Below are positions 14,273 to 26,178 of a DNA stretch of 64,000 bases, in pieces (the first letter of the stretch is position 1; every line of letters starts with the position of its first letter). The DNA is from Octopus sinensis (lineage: Eukaryota): positions 153,016,001 to 153,080,000 of the forward strand of contig NC_042997.1 of assembly GCF_006345805.1 (NCBI RefSeq), given 5' to 3'. The notes under the pieces are model-generated. The model had not been told where the DNA came from. It saw only the letters and a list, made by a program, of their open reading frames with translations, and did not search any database. The position numbers and the translations under genes were made by a program.

Positions 14273-16029
14273 CTATTTTTCAAATATGTCTCGATTGTTT
14301 TTTGTTTTGTTTTTTTGCCTTATTTCCGCCTCACCAACAAGACACTTCAAGTTCTGATTTCTTTTATCATTTCTATAAGGAAAGCATTCGAACAACACGC
14401 AACTAAAAAACGTGTCCTGAGAAATGGAGAAATCGTTTTATATCCCATGCTACTTACTTTCACATGCAGTAGCGTTGTTTTTTTGCTACCGCTTGTACTT
14501 ATTCCGAAAGTCTGCAATCCCATCTTGTTGCCCAAGTCTTCTCAACTACATTCCAAGCTGAATCTGATGATACGAACGATGATAAAATAACCTCCTGCAC
14601 TCAAAGTCGATGGTAGTGCTTTTGCTACAATTCACTATACTCTCTCTTTCCCACCCTTCCTTCCCTTCTCTCTGTCTCTCACTCTCTCTATCTCTCTCTA
14701 TCTCTATCTCTCTCTCTCTCTTTCTCTCTATCTCTCGCTCTCTGATTTTATTTTATATGAGCGAAAAGCCTTCAAGGAAGGCTAAAACAAGTATAGCAGT
14801 CAGGGACAACCAGTCGTATTCCTTTTATTCTGTACTCATAACAGAGTACCTCTCACGAAAGCCTGTGCTTTTCGGATTCTTTAAGTATAATTTAATCTTG
14901 AGCCCTCCCAACCATATGCCATTTCTCGTGTCCTCTTCCCTCAGAGTTTTCTATCATTACGTTACAAATTCACAAATGTGACAAAGTGTGAAGGATTAAT
15001 ATCAGCACTATTGCCCTTGACTTCAAGGTTTATTGTGCGCTGCTCGTGTATCGTGAAAGGAGTACATAAGCTGGCGTGAATAGCATAAAATTTGCTTGTC
15101 GCTCGGCAACACCCCCGATTATATATTTTCCTGCACCCTGCGCTGATACATGATTTTTCGTCTTAGCCATTGTTGAACACATTCTTCAGATAAGCAAATA
15201 CATGTTTTTTATGATACAGAACTTTCAGTTTTATCATAACGATTATAGTTGCTTTTGCGCTGGAATTTGTCTATGTTAACTTTTTTGAGGAGGTAAGAAT
15301 GCATGGAAAAGTGCTCGTAAAGCTACTAACGTTTACGCTTGAGTATGTGAGTTTGTATGGAGAGGTCTGTGTGTGTGCACGTGAGTGTTTGTGTGTATGT
15401 GAATGTGTGTGCGTATGAGTCTGTGTGTATGTGTGTGTAGGTGTGTTTGTGTATGTGTGAATGTGTTTTTTGTCGTTGCTGTTGTTGCAGTTGTAAATTC
15501 TTTTGCTTACCTCTTTGCTCCAAATGTTTAATTTGATATTATCATCGGTATTTGTTAGAAAATTATTATTTCACTGCCTGTGTCACTTCAGTGTTGTAAA
15601 CCTTTCTGTTTGTTTCTTTTTTTTATATACATATGCGCCAATATTTTGTGTCTTTAGAAATGTTTGATCGTGGACATATCTGTTTATCTTAATACTACCA
15701 TCAATGTGTTCAATAACTCTTTCGGCAACCCAATATAAACAACATATACTGCATTATAGCTCCACAAAACCAACGGGATTCAACAATGTCTCTTTTTGTC
15801 TAAACAGCGCAGTAAAATATAATACCAAACTTTTCATTTCGCTGTAATATTTACGCGTGATACGATACATAAAAAGTTATATAATCTAAGTTAAAAGCTT
15901 TTTTTTATTTTTTCATTTCTTTTGGGGAAAATGATAACTGAAATATAACCCGGATCAGAACTAAACCTGGTTTGTCATGACAAAATAGCAACTATAACAT
16001 CAATAACAATATAGGAACAGGGACAAACA

Positions 16030-17200
16030 TTTGAAGGAAAGGGACTTGTTGATTGCATCAACTTCAATGACCATTTGTTACAATTTCATAAACGCCAAAA
16101 GGATGAAAGCCAAAGTCGACCTCGGAGGAATTTGAACTCAGAACGTAAAATGGAAGAAATATTGTTAGGTAGTTTGTCCTGCGTGCTTGACGATTCTGCC
16201 AGCTCACTAAATTAACGAAAATAATAATAATCCTCTCTACTATAGCTTATCTGGTACCTATTTTATCGACCTCGAAAGAATGAAAGGGAAAATCAGAGTG
16301 TAAAGCCGGAAGAAATGTTACTAAACATTTCATCCTGAACAGAGATATTCAGTCACATCGACCCTAACAACTAGTTTGGTACTTTGTTTTATCAATCTTG
16401 GAGTGATGGATGATAAAGTTGACTACGGCGGAATTTGATCTCAGAAAAATTACAGTAAGGTATTTTGCCCGGCGCTGGAACGATTTTGTCACTTCGCTGT
16501 CTACGCTACAATAGTAATATTGTTTCAAATTTTGGCACACGTCCAGCAATCTTAGGGGTAGTGTAAAATTGGTTATATCGATCCCAGTATTTGACTAGTA
16601 CTTCATTTTATCGACTCCGAAGGGTAGAACGTTGACCTCGGTGAGATTTAATCTAAGAATCTAGAGCCGAAATATATATCGCTATGCATTTTTACTGACG
16701 TGTTAATGATTCTGTCAGCTCTCGGACTTAATAATAGTATTTCTCTCTAATTTTGGCACAAGGCCAGCAAGTTTAAAGAAGTTAGTAAGCCGATTAGATT
16801 GACTCCAGCATTCAAACAGTACTTATTTAATCGAAGCCGAAAGATATAAAAGAAAGTCAACCTCTACAGAATTTGAACCCAGAACGTAAAAGCCCGGAAG
16901 AAATGCCGTTAAAAAATTAATGTCAGACATGCCAGCTAAGCACAAGGGCCTGAAATTTGGTGGGAGGGGAATAGTCGATTACATCGATCCCAGTACTCAG
17001 CTGGTACTTAATTTATCGACCCCGAAAGGATGAATGGCAAAGTCAACTTCGGTGGCATTTGAACTCAGAACGTAGCGTCGGGAGAAATACTGCTCTGTAT
17101 TTTGCCCGGCGAGCTAACGATTCTGATTTCTTTATTTAGGCACAAGGCCACAATAGAGAAAGGACAAAACAAAAACAGACAAAACAATATATTGGGATCC
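16030..17200 (-). mobile_element. cluster of 6-7 same-strand SINE family A copies of varying decay
   Basis: Core motif repeated in reverse orientation at about 16090, 16265, 16400, 16610, 16830 and 17015, plus a tail fragment at 17125-17200. Confidence 0.88.
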
Positions 17201-17479
17201 TTAGAAACACATATGGGATGAATTATGGATATAATGAGAATGAGAATGAAATGACTTATCTATCCCGCAAAGCAGGTAGCTCCATTTTATTGTTTAGGTA
17301 TCACATATTAACATCACAGTTCATTATTCTTATTTTGCATAATTTTTTTTGTTCTAAAAGTCATTGTTTTGAAAGTTTAAATATTTCACTTACTTTCATT
17401 GTAAATATTGTATTATATCTTCAAATGCCAAGACTGGTAGCATCTCGTCGTATCGAACCTGTAACGGCGATATTTCATT

Positions 17480-19626
17480 TTTTTCATCAAATAGTTCCAT
17501 GAACTTTTCACATCTGTCTCTCTCAAGAAAGACCACCCTGTCGCCCTCGGTGCACTCCCTCCCTGATAACTTGGACTCTGATTACATTTTTCATTTTTAT
17601 AATCTTTCTCTCGATCTCTACACTCTTTTTACAGTTTATCATCGTTCAAATGTGGGATCTTTTTCTTTTGAACGGCAGTTTGTAACATAATTTCTAGGTA
17701 ACTAAAAAGTTTTAAACTTCGTATACTGGTAGAATGTGTTTATAAAACATTATTTTCTCGTGGTTTTATTGAGAAAATTCTATGGTTTCTAAGATATTTC
17801 GTCTGAAAATCCGAGCATTTCGGCAATTTTAACCAATCGATTACCTCCATTGAACTAAAATCATTTGCTACGTCTAAAAGTGAGACAACATCCTGTCACT
17901 AACCCTCAACCTAACCCTAACCCTAATTGTTTTTCTTAATTGTAAAATTAATTTAATTGTTACGCGTGTAAAAAAAACGAAAGCAATGGAAAATAATTTA
18001 AACAATTAACAAACAAAATAATTCTATAATTTTATAAACACGCTTTCCGTATACGTACGTTTGTGTTTTTTACACGCGTATCAATTAAATTTAACAATTA
18101 AGAAAAAAAAATTAGGGTTAGGGTTTTGTTGAGGGTTAGTGACAGGATGTTGTCTCAGTTTTAGACGCAGCAAATGATTCTAGCTCAAAAGAGAGCATAG
18201 GATTGGTTAAAATTCGAAAAATTAAACTACGTTAAACAAACAAATTACAATTTTCTCGAGAAAGCCAAGAGAAAAAAATGTTTTATTTTGACACATTCTA
18301 CTAGTATACGAAGTTTTAAAGTGTTTAGTTAACTAGAAATTGTCTGCCGTTCAAAAGGAAAAGATCTCAAATGTGTTTTCCTTTTGGTACCCACTCCCGT
18401 TTTCCGTCGTTATTCTCTCCTGATGTCCTTGGTATTGGTGTCTCTTCCTTCTCTGTATCTCTCTTACTCTTTGTTGTGGCTATTTCTCTTCTCTCTTCCT
18501 TTCCTTTCTGCGCACGTCTTTCCTCCTCCGTAATTTTCTTTTTTTGTATCTCTGGTCTTTCGCATTGATTCTCCTCTATATTTCCTCCTTTTCTCTTGTT
18601 CCGTGGATTTTGGGTGGTCAATTCACGTTTTCTTCTATTGTCTTCTTTCTTTTTCCAAATGTATACTTTTCTCCTACATTTTCTATCTTTTCGCTTCCTT
18701 GCATTTGTGCCTCCCCTCTTTGTTCCTCTTCCTCTTCCTGCTTCTCTTGTTCTACTTCCTTTTCTTGTTGCTGGGGACACCTTGCTTTCATGTGTCCCCT
18801 TACTCCACAAATAAAACATACCGGCGGTCTTCCTTCCACCACTATCCTCAGCCTCGCTTCGTTCGGCAGTATCAGTTCCTCTGCAATCTGGTGGAGGTCT
18901 GGCAGGCTAATATGGACCAAAATCTCCAGTCCGAACCCTCCCAATAATTCACCTCCGCGGTTCTTGATATTTCTATCATCTCAGTATCCTCCTCCGTGCC
19001 GAAGAGGATGGCCGCCACCAGCCATGCCTCATCAATTTCTGGGGGAACTCCACCCACTCCGACTCCGGCCGCACGCTTGCCACTGCAAGTCGGCAGCAGC
19101 GCCCACTCCACCGATCTCAAAGTCACAGGGAAGTAATTACTCGCTTCTTCTTCACTTACGAAGCATACCCCTACCGTGCCGTATTTCCCTCCTTTCGTGC
19201 AGAACGTCACCACGATTCTAATATCTCGGAGGAACCCCCACCGCAGCTACTTCCAATGTCCTGCACACAACTACCATCCTCTCAGTTCCCTCCGTCACCT
19301 CCTTCGAGGGCACCAACCTCAGACTATCTCCCCGCTTTCCAACAAATCGTTGTACTCTCCGAAGTCCCCCGCCTGTAATTCAATCTCTGAGACATGCAGT
19401 CCCTCCGCCGACAGGCCCTTGTCAGTCACCGTAGCACAACTGCCCACTTGCCCTGGTGCACCTACCATACCATTCACTATCTCACCCATAAATGGAGAAA
19501 AACCCCAAAAAGACAACAACAAGTTCAACAGGCAGCAACAATCCAACAAACAATAGCGAAACAAAAACGGCACTCACAAGGAGCGCACACACCTCCAATT
19601 CACCAACTCAAACAAAACACCAACGA
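17480..19626 (-). mobile_element. 5' part of an L1/Tx1-like LINE: 5'UTR + frameshifted ORF1 (RRM-like region, CCHC knuckle, charged tail); no ORF2 seen
   Basis: ATG at 19489. Fragments VVTFCTK..GVPPEIDEAWLVAA and RLRIVVEGRPPV-CFICGVRGHMKARC (CX2CX4HX4C, 18818-18777), then an E/K/R-rich tail; interrupted by 17655-18367. Confidence 0.75.
17655..18367. mobile_element. foldback/MITE DNA element, ~320-bp TIRs with internal telomere-like repeats
   Basis: gatctttttcttttgaacggcag ... ctgccgttcaaaaggaaaagatc. Arms stay alignable inward to ~17975/18065. Direct repeat tcaaatgtg at 17646-17654 and 18367-18375. Confidence 0.9.
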
Positions 19627-20090
19627 CGGCGTGCTAACGATTCTTATTTCTTTATTGCCCTGAAGGTGCTAAACATAGAGGGGAGAAAATAGGACAGACA
19701 AAGGTATCAAGTCAATTACATCGACCCTAGTGCGTAACTAGTACTTAATTTATCGACCCCGAAAGGATGAAAGGCAAAGTCGACCTCGGCGGAATTTGAA
19801 CTCAGAAGGCAGACGAGATACTGCTAAACATTTCGCCCGGCGTGCTAACGTTTCTGCCAGCTCGCCTCGTTTAACGGCTTTAATAAAAACAATCCTTCCT
19901 GCTATTGTGAAAAGGCCTGAAATTTGAGGGCAGAGGCTAGTCGATTGGCTAATGATTGGCTAGTGATAGGCTGGTACTTAATTATCGACCCCGAAAACAG
20001 TCAAAGTCGACTCTCAGCGGCATTTGAACTCAAAACGTGAAATGGTAGAAAACGCTGCTAAACATTTCGTCTGACGCAGTAACCATCCTG
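19627..20090 (-). mobile_element. SINE family A copies (19643-19870 preceded by the 5' stub of a tandem copy; 19900-20090)
   Basis: Reverse-complement core and head motifs. Confidence 0.88.
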
Positions 20091-20468
20091 CGAAAACGTT
20101 GCCTCAATATAATAATCATAGCAGCAGCAACAGCAACATCAACAACAATAATAATGATGATGATGATAATAGTGATGATGATGGCGACGATGATGATGAG
20201 GATCATGCTGATGATCAAGATCGTGATGATGAAATAAATATTGAAATTACTGGCATGTCTGATACCTAAAATATTTCAATGTTACTTGTCTTTCCATTCT
20301 GCAATCGGCCTTATTAGATAAAAGTCTTTTCAGCGTTCATTTTAACAGCGATGAAATACAAGGTTTGGGAAAATGTTCAGCTTTCAACCAAACAACATTT
20401 ATTTTGTTTCATGGTAAAAAAAAAAGAAAAGAAACAATGATATAAATAAATGGAAACACTTTGAATGC

Positions 20469-20624
20469 CTTAGTTGTTTGATCGTATGAATTGCGTATAA
20501 GTTATAAGTAGGTGTGTATTTTACAGATACATGAAGGTTTAACGTAACCCCCACGAAGAATTGTCGGCATGCGTTGTCTGCCTGATATATATATATGTCG
20601 GCATGCGTTGTCTGCCTGATATAT

Positions 20625-20691
<67 letters not shown>

Positions 20692-21143
20692 GGTCCCGGG
20701 TTGATTCGGGGTTAACCACAGTAAATAAGGTACTCAATACATAGCAGAGTAAAATTAATTTATTATATAGAAGGAGCTTGGCCTGCTCGGTTAGCCAGCG
20801 GGGTGGCGTCATTTGAAGGCTAAAACAATGCGAAGCGCATTGTGACCAGCGATGTGTAACAACATCTGATAGACTGGTCGGTCACGGTGATCACGGTGAT
20901 ATATAAGTGTGTGTGCGCGCGCGCGTTTGTGTGTGTGTATGTATGTGTTAGGTATTGGACTATGGCCATGCTGCAGCACCACCTTGAACGTTTTAGCCAA
21001 ACAAAGAACACTACTATATTTTTGTCTGGTACTTAGTTCTTTGATCGTATGAATTGCGTATAAGTTATAAGTAGGTGTGTATTTTACAGATACATGAAGG
21101 TTTAACGTAACCCCCAGGAAGAATTGTCGGCATGCGTTGTCTG
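20469..21143. repeat. 112-bp direct duplication (20469-20580 / 21032-21143) bracketing SINE fragments
   Basis: 110/112 identical, offset 563 bp; extra local 29-bp duplication at 20562-20590 / 20596-20624. Confidence 0.92.
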
Positions 21144-21509
21144 GTTTCTTTAGCCGAGCTGATAAGTGACATAAACAAACGATCATGGGTTGAAGAACAG
21201 TGGGGTGAAACACAAACACGAAGACACACACAAGCACACATCCACATATATTATACAGGTATGTGTATATGACAGGCTTCAACACAGTTTCCGTCTACCA
21301 ATTTCACAAGGAGTTTGTTGTTTCGAGGCTACAGTAGACGACACTTGCTCAAAGCATCGGGCATTGGGACTCAACAAGAAACCACGTGGTACAACGCGAG
21401 TATCTTAGCCACACACACACACACACACATGTTGAAAACTGGGGTCGATGTAATCGACTCATCCCACCCACGAAATTGCTGACCTTGTGTCCAATTTTGA
21501 AACCATTAT

Positions 21510-21722
21510 TAAGGCAGCGAGCTGACAGATTCGGTAACGTGCCTGACAAAATGGTAGCGCCATTTCAACGATCAAATGTTCTGAGTTGAAGTTCCGAGGA
21601 GGTCGAGTTTGCTTTTCATCTGTTAGGGTTCGGAAGGTACCTGTTTGATCACTTGGGTCGATGCAATTAACTTCCTTATTCCTCAAAATTGCTGGCCTTT
21701 AGCCTATAGTATAAAGGATTGT
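21510..21722 (+). mobile_element. decayed SINE family A
   Basis: ggcagcgagctgacagattcg..gaggtcgagtttgcttttcatc..ggggtcgatg-like sequence. Confidence 0.75.
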
Positions 21723-21739
21723 CTCTTGTTCCCTTGAAC

Positions 21740-22080
21740 GTATTGGGTCTGGTATAGTTGCAGCACCTAAGATTAGTGTTGTGTACATGTGTATATCATG
21801 GAGAATTTATGTATTTGTATGTATTTGTTTTTTATCCAATAATCCCCAAGGCACCTATTATTATGGGGATTATTTGCTTTTTGGTTCCACTGGCTCTGGT
21901 TATCTCTATTTCCAGATCGCTTTATTTGTATAATTTCTCTATTTCTGTTGGATATATATTGTCCTTTGTTCGAAATGATGCATCGATTATAAAATATCTC
22001 TTTAGCTGACAGCCATTGACAAAAATTTCTGGAGAATATGTTTTAATCTTCCTGTCCATATGAATTGACATGTTCTAGAA
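21740..22080 (-). mobile_element. decayed R4/Dong RLE domain fragment
   Basis: IIDASFRTKDNIYPTEIEKLYK*SDLEIEITRASGTKKQIIPIIIGALGII matches the RLE C-terminus at 11200-11330. Confidence 0.8.
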
Positions 22081-22208
22081 TTTGGTCAATCGCAATTCAT
22101 TGAGTGCTTTTGTGACGTATGTTCAGATGCTAGTATAACATTCTCTGTTATTTTTATTATTAATGTTAGTGTTTGTTAGTCGCATACTATTTTATATATT
22201 TATTATTA

Positions 22209-22261
<53 letters not shown>

Positions 22262-22267
<6 letters not shown>

Positions 22268-22478
22268 TAGTTTTATTTTTATTGCGTGCTTTCACTTCAC
22301 TACCGAGCGCAACTCTGTGTGCCCTGGGTATGTGCTGTGATTTGTTGTGATGCTCTGAAAGTTACTGTATTGAAAGTGTTCTGCGTAGGATGTGTGCAGT
22401 GCTTAGTAGTGCAATTTTCTGTATGTTATATGTGTTTGTAAGTCCTGGTGTTTTTGTTATGTATTTGTCTGAATATTT
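22262..22478 (-). mobile_element. R4/Dong 3' end + 3'UTR flanked by (TAA)n on both sides
   Basis: KYITKTPGLTNTYNIQKIALLSTAHILRRTLSIQ*, then a UTR ending aaaactactgaataataat. Confidence 0.85.
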
Positions 22479-22499
22479 TATTATTATTATTATTATTAT

Positions 22500-22552
<53 letters not shown>

Positions 22553-22570
22553 ATAGTAGTAGTAGTAGTA

Positions 22571-22612
<42 letters not shown>

Positions 22613-23125
22613 ATGATTGAGAGAGTAGCACACGACATCAAAGTGACTCTGGGGTACAAATATACAAAACCCAATATACCCATCATGATTATCCGTCTGA
22701 TAAGAATACACCAGGTACATGTATCACAGCCACATGTGCGCGGCATGGTGAGTCAAATCAAGATAAACAACGCAAGATTTTGTATGTGGAGACCAGTTAG
22801 AATGTTCTTCATATTGAGTTGCCCATACCGCTCAAAAGGTCCCTGAATAAGAGTTGTCCAGGTATGACGAACGAGACACCCGTTTCCAGAGGTGAAATAT
22901 TTAAACCCCAAAGAATCCCTCTCAACACATGGCCATGATGCACTGAGTACTCCTGCTCATGATCAGAGGTGCACATATCATTAGCCACTAAGTGAAATAC
23001 TCAACTGGTTGAGTTGAAGCAGAATATTTGTCGAAGCCCAACATTTACACCAAGACAAAATATGCACATATAAACACTTCTAACCAGTTAAGATCAGAAG
23101 CTATGAGAGCCACTGTCTGGGATTG
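22613..23125 (-). repeat. unclassified ~500-bp retroposon-like repeat with (AAT/TAC)n tail
   Basis: Non-coding, GC-richer segment ending in a simple-repeat tail on the minus strand. Only one copy in the window, so family status rests on recollection of octopus repeats. Confidence 0.4.
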
Positions 23126-23128
23126 CGT

Positions 23129-23350
23129 CAAGCAGAATCGTTAGCACGCCGGACGAAATGCTTAACGGTACTACACCCGACGCTACGTTCTGAGTTCAAA
23201 TTCCACCGAGGTCGACTTTGCTTTTCATCCTTTCGTGGTCGATTAAATAAGTACCAGTTACGCACTGGGGTTGATGTAATCAACTTTAAGCCTCTCCCCC
23301 AAAAGCCCATGTGGTACTTATTTAATTTATTAAGCCCCTCCCCAAACTGA
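23129..23350 (+). mobile_element. SINE family A, head-truncated, followed by (ATT)n
   Basis: gcagaatcgttagcacgccggacg..gaggtcgactttgcttttcatcc. Confidence 0.9.
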
Positions 23351-23379
23351 CCATGTAGCAATTATTATTATTATTATTA

Positions 23380-23418
<39 letters not shown>

Positions 23419-23839
23419 CATTATTATTATCATTATTATTATTATTATTAAGTAATAATAGTATATATTTAATAATACATAGACCATGTATAAATCTAAC
23501 TGTATATTTCAAAAGACACATTTTGTAGTGTTCATTTTAATAACAAATTTATAGCCATGTTGATATTCTTTCAGAAACTGTATCTATTTACATTACTTCA
23601 TAATTCTTTAAAAAAAAATAACGAATGAATTACAAAAAAAACAGACGTAGTCGGAAATATCTGTGAATGTATTACATGTTCGACGCAGTAAGTTAACGAC
23701 TTCAGGTCAACCTATATCATTTTTTTAACGTACTATGATGTATAAAATTTTAAAAATCAACTGTGATATATAGCTATGTTCGAACTGAATCCGATAGATT
23801 GTTCAAAAGATCAGGGAAAATAGAGCGACCGAAAGATAA

Positions 23840-24790
23840 TTTGACCATCCACCAACGAAGCAAACACAAAACCCTAGTAATAAGGAGTAGAAAAATATTC
23901 CTTTAAGATTGCTAAACGAGTTTGAGAACAAAAATGTGGGCTTTCAGTAAATATTGTTTTTTAAAGTGACAATTTACTCAAATAGCAAACATAGATGAAA
24001 TTCATTTAAACATTGATGTTCCAAGCAATAAAACTACTAATATAACAAATGCTAAAAGAAATACAGTTAGGAGTATTGGATACGAGAAAATTCACTTGAC
24101 ATTTGTATGAGCATAGGAAAAAGCTTCCTGAGCAAAAAATTACCCAGCAATGTCTGTGTTCATGTGTTGTAGAAGAGATGGATATATTTAGAGGGGATAT
24201 TCCTTTGGGTTGATATATTTAGAAGGAATAATCCTTTCGGTTGAAGAAACATCACATGTAGTGATTACTTGAGAGCTAAGAAAACGGGAAAAAACTAATG
24301 GAAAATAACCTAACGAATGAAAGACACATTTGGCTGTTTATATCACTGTTTAGCAAGACAAGTATATATTTTTTGTTTTATACTTCTCTCAGTCATTAGA
24401 CTGCAGCCATTTCTCGAGAAAGTAGTGACCCAGTGTTCACTACTTTCACGAATCTTTAATTGAATGAAGTGACATCAGTAATTTTGTTTCTATTACAAAA
24501 CACTTCGAAATTTTTCTGAAAAAATGTTGGAACAAGTGGATGCAGTAAAATTTTAAAATATTTTCATACGTAACACTGTTCATATAAATAGGACGATGTT
24601 TGTTCAAATGTGCATGTATTGAAGAATTCTCGAGAAAAAAACAAGACGTGACATAATGATAAAAACATTTATAGAATGTTGCATCAGTAATGCAATGGGT
24701 GGTACCGACCATGTTATTTTCTCTTCGAAAATGATAGTAAATTTAATTATGACATTTCAGATTCCTATCCAAGTGATAGCGAAAGCAGCA
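23840..24790 (+). pseudogene. decayed pogo/Tigger-type DDE transposase remnant
   Basis: QIANIDEIHLNIDVPSNKTTNITNAKRNTVRSIGYEKIHLTFV (23979-24110; cf. IGNMDETP..TTGHEK..TVVL) and KTFIECCISNAMGGTD (~24665-24710; cf. FKKCCISNAMDGTED). Confidence 0.65.
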
Positions 24791-25204
24791 ACGATTTAGT
24801 AGGTTCCGAAGGTGAATTACCTTTTTACGAGTTCGACCTTGTTTTCTTTTACTCATTTTATAAAAAATCTTTTTTGTTAGCAACAATATTTTTCAGGCTA
24901 GGTTTAATTTTTTTCAATATTAATCTTTTAAGTGATGTTAACCTTTTCTTTATCAAAATTTGTTCTTCAAATGCTAGGTCTCATACAGCGGCTCATGTTA
25001 TATTCCGAAAACTATGGCGTGCTTGTGTGTGTGTGTGGTGAGGTGTATAACTTTGTGTTCATTATAGTCTGTTATGTGAATATAGCTACTTTACGCCTTT
25101 AATCATTTCCTTCCACAAAGTTTTGGTATTTTTTTTTGTTCCTATAGCTACTTTAGTAAAAAGGCAACTTGCAATTGCTAGTGTTCTACCTTTTGTTGTT
25201 GTTG

Positions 25205-25231
25205 CTGCTCTTCTTCTTCTTCTTCTTCTTC

Positions 25232-25300
<69 letters not shown>

Positions 25301-25346
25301 GGAAGAAGCTCTATTATTATTATCATTATTGGTATTATTATTATTA

Positions 25347-25381
<35 letters not shown>

Positions 25382-25400
25382 TGTTGTTGTTGTTGTTGTT
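25205..25400. repeat. compound (CTT)n(ATT)n(GTT)n microsatellite
   Basis: Visible. Confidence 0.95.
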
Positions 25401-26073
25401 AGCATCAACTTTATTCTAAAATGCAAAACAATTGCTTTCATCAATGTTGAAACGTTAAAATTGACATCAATAGTGCTCTAAACCTGCATTAGAGTTAGGT
25501 AGGATTTACGTAAATTTAGAAAATGAGTATATTATTGAATAATCGATGAAAATAGGAGCCACTGAAGTGCACATTAATTGTGAGGGATAGCAAATGACCA
25601 TAGAATTGCTATCCTTATTGAATGAATATTCTGTTAAATTCACAGTAAGATTAATATTCTAATTATAACTCAAATCTGTTAGGAGGTCATATGTCCAATA
25701 TATTTAACAACAGGAATATTTCATTGCTGTTCGACCTAACTTTTCCTATATTCAACCATTTGTGTCATTAATTACCTTAAACTTTCAGATTTTGGATGAC
25801 GGTCATGCTTGAGCACCGTCTTGTATGAATTTTTAGATTATGATATCGATTTCAAAGCTTATTTTAAGTTTGGTACTTCTGCGGTTAACCTCTTTTCTAT
25901 AGAGCATAAAGTTACTGAATGTAAAGAAATCTATACACATACACACACGCACATATACACACATACACACCGCACACGTACGCACACATAAACACACATA
26001 CACACCGCACACGAATGCATATATACATAGGTGCATATACCTGCGATAATATATATATAAATATATATATATA

Positions 26074-26132
<59 letters not shown>

Positions 26133-26147
26133 GTATATATATATATG

Positions 26148-26178
<31 letters not shown>

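Noticed and set aside
17899-18140. Telomere remnant or chromosome fusion site
   Set aside because: Only ~3-4 degenerate units per arm, and they lie symmetrically inside the TIRs of a transposon with a target duplication.
18371-19692. Plus-strand ORFs over the LINE ORF1 region
   Set aside because: Antisense low-complexity shadows; the CCHC motif is on the minus strand.
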